DNA from: an uncultured Rhizobiaceae bacterium
GTDB taxonomy: Bacteria > Pseudomonadota > Alphaproteobacteria > SMXQ01
Length of the DNA stretch: 64,000 nucleotides
Direction: 5' to 3'
Assembly (NCBI GenBank): GCA_964577835.1
Contig: CAZOBN010000004.1
Span: forward strand, 396-64,395
Both the position numbers and the translations under genes were made by a program. Below the pieces are notes generated by a model that made no database searches, was not told the DNA's origin, and saw only the letters and a list, made by a program, of their open reading frames with translations. Shown piece by piece: positions 1-9,818 of this stretch. Within the stretch, counting starts at the first letter, position 1, and each line of letters opens with the position of its first letter.

Positions 1-34
1 TCTGCCCTTCCCCGATTGGATGTAGGCCCTCGCC

Positions 35-886
35 ATGAGCGGACCCGCCGTGCCACCCCTGGTTTCGACGGACTGGCTGGCCGCGCGCATGGAGACCGGC
101 AATGTGCGGGTGCTCGACGGCTCGTGGTACATGCCGGCGCAGGGGCGCGACGCGAAGGCCGAATTCGAGGTGTCGCATGTTCGCGGCGCGACATTCTTCG
201 ACATCGATGCCATCGCCGACAGGACGCGCGGCCTGCCGCACATGCTGCCGACGCCGCAGGCATTCGCCGACGCGGTCGGCGCGCTCGGCATCAGCAACGC
301 CGATGTCGTTGTCGTGTATGACGGTGCCGGCATTTTCAGCGCGCCGCGCGTGTGGTGGACCTTCCGCGTCTTCGGTCACGACAGGGTGGCGGTGCTCGAC
401 GGCGGCCTGCCGAAATGGCGCCGCGAAGGCCGCCCGACCGAATCCGGCCCGGAGAAACTGCGCAAGGTGCCCTTCGAGGCCTCGTTCCGGCCGGAGCTGG
501 TGCGCGACTTCGCGGCGATTGCGGCCAATCTTGCCAGCCACGCGGAGCTCGTGCTCGACGCGCGCAGCGAAGGCCGCTTCCGTGGTATTGAGCCGGAGCC
601 GCGCCCCGGTCTCAAGAGCGGCCACATCCCCGGCAGCCGCAACCTGCCGTTCCAGGCTCTCATCGACCCGCAGACCGGCACCATGCGGCCAACGGCGGAG
701 CTGTCGCGCATCTTCGCGGCCGCCGGCATGACCCAGGGGCAACCCGTCGCCACGAGCTGCGGTTCGGGGCTCACCGCGGCGATCCTCGCCTTCGGGCTTC
801 ATCTCGCCGGCCACAAGGATGCCGCGGTCTATGACGGCTCGTGGTCCGAGTGGGGCGCCAAGCCCGATGCGCCCGTCGAACGCTGA
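35..886 (+). CDS. sseA: 3-mercaptopyruvate sulfurtransferase (tandem rhodanese domains)
   Basis: 283-aa ORF with two rhodanese-like halves. Active-site loop SCGSGLTA lies near the C-terminus, and a GHIPGS motif is present. Codon third positions are GC-rich. Confidence 0.85.
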   Translation: MSGPAVPPLVSTDWLAARMETGNVRVLDGSWYMPAQGRDAKAEFEVSHVRGATFFDIDAIADRTRGLPHMLPTPQAFADAVGALGISNADVVVVYDGAGIFSAPRVWWTFRVFGHDRVAVLDGGLPKWRREGRPTESGPEKLRKVPFEASFRPELVRDFAAIAANLASHAELVLDARSEGRFRGIEPEPRPGLKSGHIPGSRNLPFQALIDPQTGTMRPTAELSRIFAAAGMTQGQPVATSCGSGLTAAILAFGLHLAGHKDAAVYDGSWSEWGAKPDAPVER

Positions 887-933
887 TCAAACCGCGCTGG
901 CTTGAGTCGCGCGCCGGTGCCAAACTCGCCCGC

Positions 934-2124
934 ATGAAAAAGACCGACGACCTGCCGCAGAAGCCCGACACTCTGGTGACCACGGTCGGCCGCGATCCGC
1001 CGAGCCACTTCAACACGGTGAACCCGCCGATTCACCGCGCTTCGACGGTGACCTTCCCGACCGTCGCCGACCTGGAGGCCGTCGGCAAGGCGCCGTTCGA
1101 CATCTTCAACTACGGCCGCCAGGGCACGCCGACCGCCTTTCATCTCGAAGAGGCCATGGCCAAGCTGGATGGCGGACATCGCGGCATCGTCTGCTCGTCG
1201 GGCGTGTCCGCCATCGCCGTCGCGCTCACCGCCTTCGTGCAGCAGGGCGATCACGTGCTGATGGTCGACAGCACCTATGACCCGACGCGGCGCTATTGCG
1301 ACCAATTGCTCGGTCGCTTCGGCGTCGAGACGACCTATTACGATCCGACGATCGGCGCGGGCATCGCCAAGCTGATCCGCCCCGACACCAAGGTGGTCTT
1401 CGTCGAATCGCCGGGCTCGGTGACTTTCGAGGTGCAGGACATCCCGGCCATCGTCGATGCGGCTCACAAGGCCGGCGCGGTGGTGTTGATGGACAATAGC
1501 TGGGCGACGCCGCTGTTGTTCCGCCCTCTCGACCATGGCGTCGACGTGGCGATCTATTCCGGCACGAAGTATCTCGTCGGCCATGCGGACGCCATGATCG
1601 GCGTCATCGTCACGACCCAGGAAAGCTTCCTCAAGGTGCGCCGCTCGCGCCAGCTCTTCGGTCCCTGCGCCGGTCCGGACGACTGCTACCTGACGCTGCG
1701 CGGATTGCGCACGCTGGGCGTCCGGCTCGAGCGCCATCAGAAAACCGGATTGATGCTTGCCGAATGGCTCAGGAAGCGGCCGGAGGTGACGAAGCTGCTG
1801 CACCCGGCCTTTCCCGATTGCCCGGGCCATGCGGTGTGGAAGCGAGATTTCAAAGGCGCGAGCGGGCTATTCTCGATCATTCTCAAGCCCACTTCGAAAC
1901 AGGCGGTTGCCGCCATGCTCGACGGCATGAAGCTGTTCGCCATGGGCTATAGCTGGGGCGGCTTCGAAAGCCTGATCCTGCCGATCAACCCGGCAAACTA
2001 CCGTACGGCCGTGCCCTGGCGCGCCGAGGGACCGCTGCTCCGTCTCCATGCCGGGTTGGAAGATCCGAGCGACCTGATCGCCGATCTCGAAGAAGGCTTC
2101 GCCCGCCTCAACGCGGCGGCTTAG
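934..2124 (+). CDS. metC: cystathionine beta-lyase (PLP-dependent)
   Basis: Start moved to the internal ATG (MKKTDDLPQKPDTLV...). Cys/Met-metabolism PLP family pattern, including YSGTKYLVGHAD with the PLP lysine. Confidence 0.85.
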   Translation: MKKTDDLPQKPDTLVTTVGRDPPSHFNTVNPPIHRASTVTFPTVADLEAVGKAPFDIFNYGRQGTPTAFHLEEAMAKLDGGHRGIVCSSGVSAIAVALTAFVQQGDHVLMVDSTYDPTRRYCDQLLGRFGVETTYYDPTIGAGIAKLIRPDTKVVFVESPGSVTFEVQDIPAIVDAAHKAGAVVLMDNSWATPLLFRPLDHGVDVAIYSGTKYLVGHADAMIGVIVTTQESFLKVRRSRQLFGPCAGPDDCYLTLRGLRTLGVRLERHQKTGLMLAEWLRKRPEVTKLLHPAFPDCPGHAVWKRDFKGASGLFSIILKPTSKQAVAAMLDGMKLFAMGYSWGGFESLILPINPANYRTAVPWRAEGPLLRLHAGLEDPSDLIADLEEGFARLNAAA

Positions 2125-2924
2125 GCTTTCGCGCGCGCCTTCGTTCGGCGCGGCAGCAGCGACACGATGGCGAAAATCAAGGCCGCGGTGAGCACGATCG
2201 CCGCGCCCGACGGCAGATCCCACGCGAAGGACTCGGCGAGGCCGGCGGCCACGGTGACGCAGCCGATGACCGAGGCGAGCACCGCCATCTGTTCCGGCGT
2301 GCGCGACAGGTGCCGCGCGGTGGCCGCCGGGATCACCAGCAGCGACGTGATCAGCAGCAGGCCGACGATCTTGAGCGAGACCGCGATGACGATGGCGAGC
2401 AGGATCATGAACACGAAGCGCACCAGCGTGGCGTGGACGCCCTCGACCTCGGCCATCTCCTCGTGCACGGTGAGCGCCAGCAGCGGACGCCAGATCCAGG
2501 CGAGCGCCGCGAGGGCCACGACCCCGCCGCCGTAGATCCAGTAGATATCCGCCTCGCCCACCGACAGGATGTCGCCGAACAGCAGCGACAGCAAATCCGT
2601 GCGCAGGGTATCGAGGAACGCCACCATGACGATGCCCGCCGCGAGCGCCGTATGGGCGAGCACGCCGAGCAGCGTGTCGGTCGCCAGTGTCTTACGCTGC
2701 TCGGCAACGTAGAGGAGTGCCGCGAGCACCAGGGACACGGCGAACATCCCGAGTGTCATGTCGAAATGCAGCAGATAGCCGAGCGCGACGCCGAGCAGCG
2801 CCGAATGGGCGAGCGTCGAGCCGAAGAAGGCCATGCGGCGCCACACCACGAAGGCGCCGAGCGGGCCGCAGATGACCGCCACGCCGAAGCCGGCGATCAA
2901 CGCGCGCAGCAGGAAATCATCCAT
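2121..2924 (-). CDS. znuB: zinc ABC transporter permease
   Basis: Multi-pass membrane protein of the ZnuB/MntB type starting at MDDFLLRALIAGF. Its start overlaps the znuC stop by 8 nt. The long N-terminal extension in the ORF track is rejected. Confidence 0.8.
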   Translation of the reverse strand: MDDFLLRALIAGFGVAVICGPLGAFVVWRRMAFFGSTLAHSALLGVALGYLLHFDMTLGMFAVSLVLAALLYVAEQRKTLATDTLLGVLAHTALAAGIVMVAFLDTLRTDLLSLLFGDILSVGEADIYWIYGGGVVALAALAWIWRPLLALTVHEEMAEVEGVHATLVRFVFMILLAIVIAVSLKIVGLLLITSLLVIPAATARHLSRTPEQMAVLASVIGCVTVAAGLAESFAWDLPSGAAIVLTAALIFAIVSLLPRRTKARAKA

Positions 2925-3819
2925 GGGAATGGCCTCGCCCCTGGCGGGGGTCGCCGCCGTGATGATGCCCGTGGTCATGGCCGCGATCCTCGCCCCGGCC
3001 GTGCATATGCGGTGCGGCGGTCGATCCCGGCAAAGGCGCCACATGGCCAGCGGCATCGTGGCTGTGATCGTGGGCGTGGGTATAGACCGCCAGGCTCTGG
3101 GCGATCGCGGGCCCGAACAGCGCGAAATATTCCGGATGGCGGCTGACGGATTCCGGCGATCCGGCGCAGCACACATGCTGGTTGAGGCAGATCACCTCGT
3201 CGGTCGAGGCCATCACCAGATGCAGATCGTGAGACACCATGAGCACGCCGCAACCGTAGCGGTAGCGCAACTGGCCGATCAGGTCGTAGAGCTCCGCCTG
3301 CCCGGTGACGTCGACGCTGCGCACCGGCTCGTCGAGCACCAGCAGGTCGGGCCGGCGCAACAGCGCGCGCGCCAGCAGGATTCGCTGGAATTCGCCGCCC
3401 GACAGTTCCTGCACCGCCTGGTCCGCCGTGTAGGACGCACCCACCTCGTCGAGCACCTGGGCCAGCCGGTCGCGCGCGGTCACCCCGGATAGCTTGAGGA
3501 AGCGCCACACCGTCATCGGCATGTCACGGTCGATGGTCATGAGCTGCGGCATGTAGCCGACGCGGATACCGGGACGCCGCGTGACCGTTCCGCCGGTCGG
3601 CTTCATCAGGCCGAGCAGGATGCGCACCAGGGTGGATTTGCCGGCGCCGTTCGGGCCGATCAGGGTGACCACCTCGCCGCGCCGCACGGACAGGCTGACG
3701 TCACGCAGAATCTCCCGCCCGCCGAGCTCGACGAAAAGATTCCTCGCCTCGACCAGGGACTCGCCCGGTGCGACGGCGGCCGGCGGTTCGGCGTGGGCCT
3801 CTCCCGCTTCAGTGAGCAT
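2917..3819 (-). CDS. znuC: zinc ABC transporter ATP-binding protein with His-rich C-terminal tail
   Basis: Walker A GPNGAGKST, ABC signature LSGGEFQR, Walker B LLVLDEP. The C-terminal ~55 aa are rich in His/Asp (HAHDHSHD...GHDHGHHHGG...GHSHG). Confidence 0.85.
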   Translation of the reverse strand: MLTEAGEAHAEPPAAVAPGESLVEARNLFVELGGREILRDVSLSVRRGEVVTLIGPNGAGKSTLVRILLGLMKPTGGTVTRRPGIRVGYMPQLMTIDRDMPMTVWRFLKLSGVTARDRLAQVLDEVGASYTADQAVQELSGGEFQRILLARALLRRPDLLVLDEPVRSVDVTGQAELYDLIGQLRYRYGCGVLMVSHDLHLVMASTDEVICLNQHVCCAGSPESVSRHPEYFALFGPAIAQSLAVYTHAHDHSHDAAGHVAPLPGSTAAPHMHGRGEDRGHDHGHHHGGDPRQGRGHSHG

Positions 3820-4342
3820 GGTCCGCCCTCTGGCCGGCGGCGCGCTTCGGAGGGGCGAGGCAATCGCGGCAGATGCCGGCGATCTCCACGGTTTGGCCCG
3901 TCATGTCGAACCCGAGCTCGCGCGCGCTGGCGGCGATGGCGCCGCCGATGGCGCCGTTCTCGATCTCCGCCACGGTGCCGCAGCGGCGGCAGATGAGATA
4001 TTGAATGGCATGGGCATCGGCCGGATGGCTGCAGCCGATGAAGGCGTTGAGGGAGGCGATGCGATGGACCAGCCCTTGGTCCTGCAGGAAATCGAGCGCG
4101 CGGTAGACCGTCGGCGGCATGGCGCTGCGGCCCTCGCGCTTGAGCATCTCCATGATGGCGTAGGCGCCGACCGGGGCGTGGGAATCCCAGATCAGGGTGA
4201 GCACTCGGCGGCGCAGCTCGGTCATCCGGGCGCCGCGCTTGGCGCACAATTCGTCGGCCATGGCCAGGGCGTCCACCATGCATTTGCGGTGGTCATGGCC
4301 GCGTTGCAGCGCCACCGGCATTTTCGTCGCGCGTTTCGCCAT
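3809..4342 (-). CDS. zur: Fur-family zinc uptake regulator
   Basis: Fur-family winged helix followed by CxxC ... CxxC metal sites (CRRCG, CRDC). First gene of an overlapping zur-znuC-znuB chain. Confidence 0.8.
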   Translation of the reverse strand: MAKRATKMPVALQRGHDHRKCMVDALAMADELCAKRGARMTELRRRVLTLIWDSHAPVGAYAIMEMLKREGRSAMPPTVYRALDFLQDQGLVHRIASLNAFIGCSHPADAHAIQYLICRRCGTVAEIENGAIGGAIAASARELGFDMTGQTVEIAGICRDCLAPPKRAAGQRADHAH

Positions 4343-4394
4343 CTCAGCTACCGTGCCTTAACGCCTTGAATTATAGTCGGGATTGCATCACGAA

Positions 4395-4409
4395 TGTTAT
4401 AGTATAACA
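4395..4409. promoter_or_regulatory. candidate Zur box (perfect palindrome TGTTATA-G-TATAACA)
   Basis: AT-rich 15-bp palindrome about 55-65 bp upstream of the zur start codon, in the zur/hisI divergent intergenic region. It resembles Fur-family operators. Confidence 0.45.
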
Positions 4410-4461
4410 GATCGCGGGCCCGGCGTGTCAAACGTCTCGCCCGAACCGCCAAGCCCGGGAG

Positions 4462-4905
4462 TTGATCATGAGCGCGCCCTCCGCGCCCCCGCCGTCCCCC
4501 CTCGCCCTGTCCGACTCGGCGATCGAGCGGATCCTCGGCGAGATGAAGTTCGACGCCAACGGTCTGGTCGCCGCCATCGCGCAGCAGCACGACACGGGCG
4601 AGGTGCTGATGCTGGCCTGGATGAACCGCGAGGCGGTCAGCGAAACCCTGCGCAGCGGTTATGCTCACTATTATTCCCGCTCGCGGCGCAAGCAGTGGCG
4701 CAAGGGCGAAAGTTCCGGCCAAGTCCAGAAACTGGCCGATTTCCGCGTCGATTGCGACGGCGATGCGGTGCTGCTGCTGGTCGAGCAGACCGGCGTCGCC
4801 TGCCACACCGGGCGACACAATTGCTTCTTCCGCGCGCCGCGCGCCGGCAGCCTGGCGGAGATCGCCAAGGTCGAGGTCGATCCCGCTAAGCTCTACGGCG
4901 AGTAA
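4462..4905 (+). CDS. hisI: phosphoribosyl-AMP cyclohydrolase
   Basis: Conserved HisI core (LAWMNREA..., SRSR..QW.KGE.SG..Q, DCDGDA.LL.V.Q.G.ACHTG..SCF). Confidence 0.85.
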   Translation: MIMSAPSAPPPSPLALSDSAIERILGEMKFDANGLVAAIAQQHDTGEVLMLAWMNREAVSETLRSGYAHYYSRSRRKQWRKGESSGQVQKLADFRVDCDGDAVLLLVEQTGVACHTGRHNCFFRAPRAGSLAEIAKVEVDPAKLYGE

Positions 4906-4910
4906 ACAGC

Positions 4911-5840
4911 ATGGTCCTTTTGCTGAAAGGCGGACGGGAGCCGATCGAAAGCTGGCTGGCCGCATTCGGCAAGGTATCCCCCGACCTCGAGGTGCGCGTA
5001 TGGCCCGATTTCGGCCGACGGGAAGACGTCGAATTCGCGCTGGTGTCGCACATGCCGCACGGTGAGCTGGCGACATTTCCCAATCTGCGCTTCATCGCTT
5101 CCATGTCGGTCGGCGTCGAGCATCTGCTCGAGGATCCGCAACTGCCCCCGAATGTGCCGCTGGTGCGCAGCGTCAATCCGCAGCGCTCGGCGACCATGGC
5201 GCAGTATGTGCTCCTCCATGTGCTGCGCTACTTTCGCCGCTTCCCGGATTATCAAGCGCAGCAGCGGGCAAAGCACTGGGAGCGCCTGCCGCAGCGCGAC
5301 GCCAAGGATCTGCGCGTCGGGATCATGGGGCTGGGCTCGCTCGGCTTGGCCGCCGCGCAGCAGCTTCGCCAATGCGGCTTCGATGTGGCCGGCTGGACGC
5401 GCACGCCGCACAGCCACGACGGCATCGCCAATTTCGTCGGCCGCGACGGATTTCTTCCGTTCCTGGCGCGCAGCGATATCCTGGTCTGCCAACTGCCACT
5501 GACGCGCGAGACTCAGGACATCCTCGATGCCCGCGCGCTCGCCGCCTTGCCACGCGGCGCCTATGTCATCAATACGGCGCGCGGCGAACATGTGGTCGAG
5601 GAGGATCTGCTGGCGGCGCTCGAGTCCGGGCATATCGCCGGCGCCACCCTCGACGTGTTCCGCGAGGAGCCTCTGCCGGCCGATCATCCTTTCTGGATTC
5701 ACCCAAAAGTCACCATTACCCCCCACAACTCCTGCGATGGCCGCGCCGCCCATGGCGCGATCACCATCGCCGACAATATCCGGCGCGCCCGCGAAGGCCG
5801 CCCCCTCGTCAATCTGGTGGATCGCGCCGCCGGCTATTGA
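4911..5840 (+). CDS. D-isomer-specific 2-hydroxyacid dehydrogenase (glyoxylate/hydroxypyruvate reductase A-like)
   Basis: NAD-binding GxGxxG (GIMGLGSLG), plus the catalytic-region pattern NTARG...D and H near the C-terminus (ITPHNS). Confidence 0.75.
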   Translation: MVLLLKGGREPIESWLAAFGKVSPDLEVRVWPDFGRREDVEFALVSHMPHGELATFPNLRFIASMSVGVEHLLEDPQLPPNVPLVRSVNPQRSATMAQYVLLHVLRYFRRFPDYQAQQRAKHWERLPQRDAKDLRVGIMGLGSLGLAAAQQLRQCGFDVAGWTRTPHSHDGIANFVGRDGFLPFLARSDILVCQLPLTRETQDILDARALAALPRGAYVINTARGEHVVEEDLLAALESGHIAGATLDVFREEPLPADHPFWIHPKVTITPHNSCDGRAAHGAITIADNIRRAREGRPLVNLVDRAAGY

Positions 5841-5870
5841 GTGCTTTGGCCCAACACGGCCGTTACTGCT

Positions 5871-6110
5871 CCTCCCCCTCGATGGGGGAGGTCGGGTGGG
5901 GGTGAAATCCGTGCTCGGGGAGACACCCCCCACCCTGACCCCACAAAGCAGGGCAATCGCATATGAATTTTCCCGATTCCATTTGTGCTCCGGAAGGCCC
6001 GCCCGGATTCGAAACTTGCGCAACGGGCTCGCGCACGATTCGATTTTTTCGCCCATTCGCCCAAAACGCGCCACATGCGATAGCCCTGCCCCACAAAGGG
6101 GGGAGGGAAA
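5871..6110. repeat. G/C-tract palindromic repeat units in an intergenic region
   Basis: Hairpin CCTCCCCC-TCGAT-GGGGGAGG at 5871-5891. GTCGGGTGGGGG pairs with CCCCCACCCTGAC. The CCCCACAAAG core recurs at about 5939 and about 6089, next to GGGGGGAGGG. No credible ORF. Confidence 0.3.
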
Positions 6111-6139
6111 CTCTAGCAATGCGCAAGATGCCGGGTTGA

Positions 6140-6838
6140 TCAGGCGAGCGCGATCGCGGCGAAGCTCTCCGCCTGCGGCCCCTGCCCTTTGGCCTGGGCC
6201 TCGCCGGGGCGGCGCAGTTGCACGGTGTGCAGGCCGGCGGCGCGGGCCGCCGCGATCTCGTCGGTGCTGTCGGACAGGAACAGCATGCGCGACGCGGGCA
6301 TGCCGATCGCAGCCGCGATCCTGCGATAGCTGTCGGCTTCTTTCTTCGGACCCGTCGTGGTGTCGAAATAGCCGGAGAACAGCGGCGTGAGGTCGCCGAA
6401 TTTCGTATGGCCGAAGATCAGCTTCTGCGCCGGCACCGAACCGGAGGAATAGACGTAGAGCTTTTTGCCCGCCCGATGCCAGCGGCGCAGGGCCTCGGCG
6501 GCATCGTCGTAGATATGACCCTGGAAGCCGCCGGCCTTGTAGCCCTCGGCCCAGATCATGCCCTGCAGCGCCTTGAGCGGCGTCGCCTTGCGGTCCTCGT
6601 CGATCCAGCGCCGCAGAACGGCGACCACCGCCTCGTCCGACATGGCCGGATCGCCCGCCTCGCGCTTGGCCGCGTCAAGCTCGGCGCGCACCGCCGGCTC
6701 GCGCCCATGCGCCGCGACGAACCCGTTCAGGTTCGCCCGCGCATAGGGAAACAGCACGTCATGGACGAAAGAGATGGCGGTGGTCGTGCCCTCGATATCG
6801 GTGACGATGGCATCGATGGGCGCTTGAATCGTCGCCAT
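6140..6838 (-). CDS. mtnC: enolase-phosphatase E1 (methionine salvage)
   Basis: HAD motif [23 protein letters not shown], and the typical MtnC C-terminal HAD motifs. Its ATG overlaps the mtnD stop (ATGA). Confidence 0.85.
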   Translation of the reverse strand: MATIQAPIDAIVTDIEGTTTAISFVHDVLFPYARANLNGFVAAHGREPAVRAELDAAKREAGDPAMSDEAVVAVLRRWIDEDRKATPLKALQGMIWAEGYKAGGFQGHIYDDAAEALRRWHRAGKKLYVYSSGSVPAQKLIFGHTKFGDLTPLFSGYFDTTTGPKKEADSYRRIAAAIGMPASRMLFLSDSTDEIAAARAAGLHTVQLRRPGEAQAKGQGPQAESFAAIALA

Positions 6839-7401
6839 CAGGCGACTGCGGCGACCGGCTCGTCGATCGTCGGGAAGCTCTGGGAAATCGTGCTGCCGGT
6901 GAACTTCGCCACCCAGCCCGCCGGATCGGTGAACAGCCGGATGCAGGCCAGGTGCGGCTCGGCGCCCATGTCGAACCAGTGGGTCGTGCCGGCGGGCACG
7001 CTGATCAGGTCGCCCTTCTGGCACAGCACGCCATAGACCTTGCCTTGGGCATGAAGGTAGAACAGCCCGCGGCCATCGACGAAGAAGCGCACTTCGTCCT
7101 CCTCATGGATATGCTCGTTGAGGAATTTCTGGCGCAGGGCGGCCTTGTCCGGATTGTCCTTGGTCAGGCTGATCACGTCGGCCGTTTTGTAGCCGCATGC
7201 GCGCATCAACCGATCGACAGGCTGGCGGTAGGCGGCCAGGACCGCGTCCTGCGACGCGCCCGCGGCGACCGGCTGAGCGGCCTGCCAGCGTTCGAAACGC
7301 ACGCCGATCGCCTGGAGATGACGCGCCATCTCGGCGCCCTCGCTGGTGTCGACCAGCGGCTCGGACGGCTTGTCCTCGTGATAGACTTTCAGATTGCTCA
7401 T
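6838..7401 (-). CDS. mtnD: acireductone dioxygenase (ARD, cupin)
   Basis: Cupin metal motifs ([12 protein letters not shown] ... GTTHWF). Start set at [10 protein letters not shown]. Confidence 0.85.
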   Translation of the reverse strand: MSNLKVYHEDKPSEPLVDTSEGAEMARHLQAIGVRFERWQAAQPVAAGASQDAVLAAYRQPVDRLMRACGYKTADVISLTKDNPDKAALRQKFLNEHIHEEDEVRFFVDGRGLFYLHAQGKVYGVLCQKGDLISVPAGTTHWFDMGAEPHLACIRLFTDPAGWVAKFTGSTISQSFPTIDEPVAAVA

Positions 7402-7457
7402 CGCCCCATCCTCTTCAGTGGCCCCATCCTCTTTAGGTGCGGCCAGTGAACCTTCTA

Positions 7458-8192
7458 TCAGCGCCCGATCCGCACCCGCTCCAGCTCGCAGGCAAACAGG
7501 AATTCGAGCCCCTCCGCATGGCGTTTGGCGGCGGCCATGTCGACCCCCCATGTATACACACCGTGGCCCCGGATCAAGTAGCCAACGATCCCAGCCCGGC
7601 CGTTGGCCGTGCCCAGCATCGGCGGATGGCGCCGCATGTAGGCCCGTACCTGTTGCGACAGCATGGTCATGTCCTGGGAATTCTCGAAGATCGGCACGAC
7701 GGCGGTGGTGTCATGGGTGTCGTATCCCTCGAACACCTTGAGCAACTCGTAGGCGGAGAAGGCGATTTCCCGGCGCTTGGGATCGACCATCGACAGCACG
7801 GTCGAGGCGACCGAATGGGTATGCAACACGGCACCGATCATCGGAAAATCCGCCATAAGCTGGGTATGGAGCGGCGTCTCGGCCGACGGTTTCTGTCCGC
7901 GGCCCACGGGGTGCCCCGCGAGATCCACCACCATGACGTCCTGTTCGCCGAGCTGGCCCTTGTGGCAGCCGGAGACGGTGATCGCGAGGTGGGCCGCGTC
8001 GAGACGCGCCGAATAATTGCCGGCGGTCGCCGGTGCCCAGCCATGCGCATCGAGGAAGCGCCCCGCATCGATGATGTCGCGGGCGCGGGCGGCGAAGAGG
8101 CCGGCATCGATGGCGGATTGGCTTGCGGCCACGGGCGCGTCCTTTTCGAATCGGGGCGCGCTGTGTTTACCCGCTCTACCGCGGAAACTCAA
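7458..8192 (-). CDS. mtnB: methylthioribulose-1-phosphate dehydratase (class II aldolase/adducin fold)
   Basis: W.P.TAGNYS, ITVSG..KG, KPSAETPLHT and AVLHTHS motifs. The exact start is uncertain. Confidence 0.8.
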   Translation of the reverse strand: MSFRGRAGKHSAPRFEKDAPVAASQSAIDAGLFAARARDIIDAGRFLDAHGWAPATAGNYSARLDAAHLAITVSGCHKGQLGEQDVMVVDLAGHPVGRGQKPSAETPLHTQLMADFPMIGAVLHTHSVASTVLSMVDPKRREIAFSAYELLKVFEGYDTHDTTAVVPIFENSQDMTMLSQQVRAYMRRHPPMLGTANGRAGIVGYLIRGHGVYTWGVDMAAAKRHAEGLEFLFACELERVRIGR

Positions 8193-8217
8193 TATGGCTG
8201 AAGAAACGCGCCGGCGA

Positions 8218-9567
8218 TCAGGCGGCGACGTAGCCGCGCACGGAGTCGAGCTTGGCGCCGGTCAAATCGGCGCCGTCGAGATTGGCGCCCTTGAGGTTGG
8301 CCTCGCGCAGATCGGCGCCGCGCAGGTCCGCGTCACGCAGATCGGCCTCGGCGAAATCCGCCCGGCTCAGGCGGGCGTCGCGCAGCACGGCGCTGGCCAG
8401 ATTGGCGCGGATCAGCTTGGCGCCTTCGAGATTGACCGGATAACTGTGCTGCTGCGCGCTGCCGACCTTTTCGACGGGTCCGAGATTGGCACCCGCGAGA
8501 TTGGTTTCGATCAAGGCGGCGCGGTGGAGATTGGTGCCGCGCAGATCCGCGCGCGTCAGATTGGCGCCGCTCAGATCGCTGTAGGACATGGCCGCCATGG
8601 CGAGCTCGGCCTGGGTCAGGTCGGCGCCCTGGAGCACGCAGCGCTCCATCACGGCCGCCGCGAGATTGGCCGTCCGCAACACCTGACCGCTCAAGTCCGT
8701 GTCGGAGAAATCGGCGCGCGTGCCATCATGGCTCGAAGAGGTCACCCATTTGGCGTGCTGGGCGAGCATCAGGCCGATGCGGTCATCGGTGGCGACGGGT
8801 TGCACGTTCATCGCCATCCGCAGCGCTTCCACGCCACGCGCATCGGAATCGACGATCGCGCCGCGCAGGTCGGCGCTCTTGAAATTGGCGCCTTCGAGCT
8901 TGACCTTGCTGAGCACCGCGCCGGTCATGGTGCTGCCGGCCAGGTTGGCGTTGGTCAGGTCGGCGTTTTCGAACAGCGTGCCGATCAAGATGCAGTTGCG
9001 CAGATCGGCGTGCTTTAGATCGGTGTTGCGCATGATAGCGTCGGTCAGGTCGGCGTTGAGCAGCATGGCATCCGACAGCAGCGCGCCGGTCAGATCGGCG
9101 CGGCGCGCGACGATGGCGCTCAGTTCGGACGATATCTTCTCCATGTTGACAACGCTCATCCCATCCTTGGTGCCGTAACGGGCGAGCGCCGCCTGGCGCA
9201 GGTCGGCGTCGACCATCTTGGCTTCGGTGAGATCGGCGCCGCGCAGGCAGGCGCCGCGCAGGTCGGCGCGGGTCAGGTCCGCACGGAACAGATTGGCGAC
9301 GCGCAGATCGGCGCCGAACAGGTTGGCGGCGCTGAGATCGGCCTCGGCCAGCCGCGCTTGCTTGAGCAACGCGCCGGTCAGGTCCGCCTGCGACAGATTG
9401 CGCTGCCGGAGATCGAGGCCGCTCAGATCATGGAATTTCAATTGAGCGCGTCGGCCGTTGTTCTGTCCGGTCAGGAAGCGCTCGTGCTGCTGCAGCACGC
9501 GGTCGAGCTCCTGTTGGCCCAGCCGGGTCCAATTGTTCGCACTGTGACGGTCCGGCTGATCGGTCAT
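8218..9567 (-). CDS. pentapeptide-repeat protein (~449 aa)
   Basis: Long runs of A(D/N)LxG/A(N/D)Lxx pentapeptides across most of the protein. Start set at MTDQPDRHS. Confidence 0.8.
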   Translation of the reverse strand: MTDQPDRHSANNWTRLGQQELDRVLQQHERFLTGQNNGRRAQLKFHDLSGLDLRQRNLSQADLTGALLKQARLAEADLSAANLFGADLRVANLFRADLTRADLRGACLRGADLTEAKMVDADLRQAALARYGTKDGMSVVNMEKISSELSAIVARRADLTGALLSDAMLLNADLTDAIMRNTDLKHADLRNCILIGTLFENADLTNANLAGSTMTGAVLSKVKLEGANFKSADLRGAIVDSDARGVEALRMAMNVQPVATDDRIGLMLAQHAKWVTSSSHDGTRADFSDTDLSGQVLRTANLAAAVMERCVLQGADLTQAELAMAAMSYSDLSGANLTRADLRGTNLHRAALIETNLAGANLGPVEKVGSAQQHSYPVNLEGAKLIRANLASAVLRDARLSRADFAEADLRDADLRGADLREANLKGANLDGADLTGAKLDSVRGYVAA

Positions 9568-9818
9568 CGAGGGCTCATGGCGAAAGTCGCCCCGCCCGCG
9601 CGGCGGCGCTCGAAAAAAGTTAAGCACTACAAAGCTTAAGGTATGGTTAATGGACGGTTGCCGCGGAACCGAGCCTTGCCATAATGGCGCCCAATTCCGG
9701 GCTATGATGGGAGTTGCCCGGAAGGGTCCGGCCCCAATCGGATCCCCAAGGGCTGGCCCGGCGGTTGATCCGGGAGGACGGCCCGGGGCCTGCCGCCCCG
9801 GCATTGTAGGAGGTTCGA

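Noticed and set aside
2925-3176. 84-codon N-terminal extension of the znuB ORF, and similar upstream extensions of mtnC, mtnD, the pentapeptide protein, the thioesterase, DUF192 and several Bug genes.
   Set aside because: The extensions overlap the preceding gene or are Arg/Pro-rich. Internal starts give canonical N-termini (signal peptides, conserved first motifs), often with a Shine-Dalgarno or an ATGA/TGATG coupling.
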